A stretch of DNA of 64,000 nucleotides from Phyllosticta citribraziliensis. Lineage: Eukaryota. Both the position numbers and the translations under genes were made by a program. This document shows, piece after piece, positions 60,139 through 64,000 of the stretch. Position 1 is the stretch's first letter. Every line of letters starts with the position of its first letter. The notes beneath the pieces were generated by a model that saw only the letters and a list, made by a program, of their open reading frames with translations, made no database searches and was not told where the DNA came from. The stretch covers positions 1,426,001 to 1,490,000 of the forward strand of contig NW_027117341.1 of assembly GCF_038025025.1 (NCBI RefSeq), given 5' to 3'.

Positions 60139-62651
60139 ATGGCTGCTCAGCAATTGCCGGATAATGCATTCGACCCGGCGGAGGGCTCTCCAAGGCAAAG
60201 AGGTGGTCCTGATGCGCCCAACTGGAATCATTTCAACTTTCCCCCGGATGCTCCCAACACCGAACTCCCACCCTTCTCTCCCGGGTTTCCTCCTGCACCG
60301 TTTCCAGGTGCTCAGACCGTGGCGCCTTTGCCCTCTGGTTCGCAAGGACAAGCACCTGGACAACCCACAACTCTCGACACAGAAACCTTGACATTTGGAA
60401 ATCCAGCCAACACGCCTCCGGTTTTGGATCCAGCCAGGCCTTCAAGACCTTCCTCAATTCCGGGACCATCTTCTACCGTCACGACTCCGAGACCGTCGTC
60501 GACCTTTGACCCCAATGATTCGGATGTCTATGTTTGTGGATCAATACCTTTTGTCCCTGCACAGTATACTTGCTACGCTAATAACGTACTATGCCCTGTA
60601 CTGAATGGAAAGCGACTGGTTCCTTGCGGCGAATCTTGTTATGACCCCACCATTTACGGTTGCGGAGACGGCGGTCTTGAGCAAATTCACAGCGGTCGAC
60701 TTCCGAACGGATCACCTGCGACAAACACAGTTCCATTGGGAGTGAGCGCATGGCCAACCGGGGTTCCCATTCCAACACCTGAGCGAAGTTTGCGCTCAAG
60801 CTCGAGCTCTTCAAGTTCATCAACCTCGTCCAGTACAACGTCCGAGTCCAGTTCCTCAACTTTGATTAGAACATCATCCTCTCTGTTACCTACCACCTCT
60901 CAACCCGCAGCAACAAACGGGACGATGGCGTCTGCACCTGCAGATTCCTCGCTGTCGGGTAATCAAATTGCGGCGATTGCAGCGAGTACCTCATCGGCGG
61001 TCCTCATCTGTGCTGTCGTCGTTCTCCTTCTTTTTCGACGACACGCTTCCAAACGAAAACTTCTCTCGCAAAAGCAAGTTTATCCCGAAGTTGCGTTCCT
61101 TTACGATCCTCCTGTTCCGCCTCCTATTGGCACGGAAGGGATGGGTTCGAGCGGAGAGAACAGTTCTACGAGTCGCCGCAGTTACATGGTATCCCAGGGC
61201 CAGCTGCCACGATCAGAACCGCCCAGTTCAGACAGCTCGTTACGTGGAGTAGGCATAGCAGAGGCCGGGGCCAGTATCTCTGCGGCGCAAGCTGTAGAGC
61301 GGTTGAAGAATGAGAGGCGCGCCATGCGACAAAAGAAGCCCAAGCTACGGCCAGATCCTCAGCCTCTGAAGCTCGCAAAGGGTTTGGCTGCAGGCGCCGC
61401 GGGTGGATTCGGACTGCTCTCTTCGAATGGTAAAGGATCTTCTTCGGCGACAAATTTGGAGGCGGAGCGGAGTGCTGGTGCACCTTCCAGGGTTCCTGCC
61501 TCTTCGACGAGTTTGTGGGATGAAATAGACATTGCCGCGGGTGAGGCAAATCTGATGCCTTCTCCGGGCATGCCTCAACACTCCGAAACGCAAAAGTCTA
61601 CCTCGCCTCTATTGCCACCTCCAGATCTCTCTACTCCTCCGCAAGCGCTGCATTCACCTCCAGACACCTCAGGATCGTCACCCACGGCAATTGAGCGGCA
61701 GTCCCAAGGGGAAATTGAAGACGAACCTTTTTATCGACGATTACAGCAGCGGCTGTCTCCCACCCGCAATCCGACTTCTTTCTCACAACCTCGACCTTTC
61801 CCATACCACGTTCAGCGAGGTTCAGGCTCCTCGCTCTTGAACTCTCCTCACTCATCGTTGTCACCCTCGCCGTCCACACGCTCACCGCTCTCAACTCTGG
61901 ATCCCACTCCCATCTCCTTCCCCCGGAGTACCGCAACCCCATTTTCCGCTATGACTTCCGTTTCACCCTTTACACACCAAGGCGGCACCGGCTCAACCTC
62001 GACCCCTTCGCCCTGGCCCCCAGGCACTGGCGGCCCCTCCGCCCCAGCACGCACGCTCCCCTCACCTGACGTGCCTTTCGGCCTCACAACCGCCGGCGCA
62101 GCCCCGGGCACCAGCACAACACGGGGCGGGCCATCGTCATCGCCATACCCGAACCCGTATCCCGCGTACCCTTACTCTCGCACCGGCAACTACACCTTCC
62201 TCCAGCCCGAACTCTACCACCCGCCCTCTCCAAAGCCCACGCCGCACAACAGCAGCGGGTCGGGCGAGCTGAGCGGTCTCAGCACGCTCGACACGCGGCT
62301 CGAGAGCGGCGACACGTGGGCGGGCGAGGTGCTGGGCGCCATGGGCAGCAGCAGCATCTTCGGCACCTATGGCGCCGGCAGCAGCGACGACGCCGCAGGC
62401 TCGCCGTCGACAGGAGGCGGGGGTCATGGCAGCTTCGCGGCGGCGCGGTCTGCACAACAGCAGCAGCAGCACGGCTCGGCCAGCCTCCCGCGGTACGGCT
62501 CGCGGCTGCAGGTCCCGAGTGCGGGCCTCGAGCCCCCCGAAGACAGCGGCAGTCCCCAGAGCGTGCAGTATGTGCCGCACGTGCACGATCCGGAGAGTAG
62601 CGGCGACGAGGGGGAGAGGGACGTAGGCGCAGGCTTGCAGTTTGGCGGCGG

Positions 62652-62682
<31 letters not shown>

Positions 62683-62895
62683 GGCGGTGGCATGGGCTTG
62701 GGGTCGTCGGGGCTCGGCAACATTGCAGAGGAGATGAGTGGCGGGAGCGGCAACGAGGGGTTACTCGGCGGCGGCGCGGCAGGGGGTCAGGAGGCCATGG
62801 GCATGGGCATGGGGCCCGGTCCCACGACCACCACCACGACGGAGGCTGGCAGCGCGAGTGGCAAGAGGCGGCTCACGGTGCGGAACGAGTTTTGA
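60139..62895 (+). CDS. Single-pass membrane protein: CBM52-like Cys-rich module, Ser/Thr stalk, TM helix, long disordered tail
   Basis: CGSIPFVPAQYTCYANNVLCPVLNGKRLVPCGESCYDPTIYGC resembles the fungal Eng1-type Carb_bind (CBM52) pattern. TM IAAIAASTSSAVLICAVVVLLLF followed by RRHASKRK. The 5' end is uncertain. Confidence 0.8.
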
Positions 62896-64000
62896 GCCCC
62901 CCCGTCCGTCCAGCCGTCTGTCGTCCACCTACACCCCGACCAAACCTACCTAGCATGACGAGAGGCCCATGGGGGCCGCATGGCACGGAATAGCAATTGG
63001 GGATTGGACACAGCCTTGTCTGCGAAAAGGGGGTGTGCGATCTGCGATTCGATTGGTTGCTGGACGGGCGGCATGGAGTACTGAAACCCCAACCACCCCC
63101 ATATCCGCCACGGCTCCACGCTCCACACTCCAAACTCCGGTTTTTTTTTTTTTTTTTTTCCCGTCGTCGCTTTCCCTTGTTCATACGCCGGGACTGCGAG
63201 GCAGGCAGCTATCCGGCTGGCCTTGTTGCGAGCTCCTGGCCAAAAAGGTTTCCTCTCCAGATCAGTATCATCATTATCACGGCAAGGCGAATTCGCCTGG
63301 CACCGACAGCATCCATCTATTGCATCAAGTCAAAATTCCCAAATTCCCTTTCCCTGTTTCCTCCCCCTCCCCAATCTCCTTGCCTATCCACCACTCCAGC
63401 GTGTCTCTCCTTCTAAAAGGCCGTGTTTTTGCCATATCCTATTACTCTGTGGTACTATGTCCTTTGACTGCTCCTTCGCCCACATTTTCCCTCCTTGGAT
63501 TTTGGACCCCCCGTTTTTTGCATCTGTTTGGCGCACCGCACGCTCGCGTATCGGCTTTTCGGCCGCTTGGCTTTGAATGCTCCTTGCTAGCCAGCCTCTT
63601 CTTCTTCTTTTGTCGTTGTTGTTTTGGTGGTTGGATGGAGTCTTACTTGCCCTTCCTTTCGCCCATGTTGTTGAGATACCATACCACGAGACTAAACTGG
63701 CGGGGTCGAGGAGAGTGGAGGTGGCAAAGTAAATATGTAATCTACCCATCTATATACGCATGTGTGTATTCTCTCTAGCCACTAGGCGCTTCTCTCTGCC
63801 GCTGCTGAGACGGCAACTATTGATTGAATGAATGGATGGGCGGGTTTGGTTTGGTTTATCCGTGGTAACTACCTTTTGCTATTATTCTCGTGTGAGGTTG
63901 ATGCGGCGAAATTCTCGACAGGTGTTAGGATCCGTCTGTGCCGCTTCTCCGAGGGCTATTATGTATGTGTGGAGTGGGATTGGGAGTATGAGGGGCATGC

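Overview
This is a gene-dense, GC-rich window from a filamentous ascomycete: short GT-AG introns with CTAAC/CTGAC branch sites, and a Dothideomycete-like appearance that I infer but cannot prove. By hand I could splice about 20 genes. Recognisable ones are a Ca2+/H+ exchanger (VCX1-like), Akr1 palmitoyltransferase, eIF3g, an NmrA-like protein, a DHA1 MFS transporter, EMC4, AP-2 beta adaptin, a GH47 alpha-1,2-mannosidase, Tam41, Bir1/survivin, kinesin-1 heavy chain, Rad6/Ubc2 and an Mss116/CYT-19-like helicase; several others are hypothetical proteins. Five things stand out. (1) The kinesin-1 3' end has a GC-AG intron and an overlapping +1-frame ORF ending in a tail-anchor-like helix, which could give a membrane-anchored isoform lacking the IAK motif. 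(2) A ~5 kb accessory island (18.4-23.6 kb) holds a decayed gene with a DEDD/RNase H-like C-terminus, a ~670 bp polypyrimidine tract, and a ~34-nt repeat family in arrays of both orientations. (3) One intron in a secreted-protein gene restores the frame only through a [D1,2] stwintron or a non-canonical CG acceptor. (4) A 64-aa two-exon single-TM microprotein is absent from the ORF track. (5) A CBM52-Ser/Thr-TM-tail protein has cell-wall-sensor architecture. All family assignments come from recognising motifs; no searches were run.
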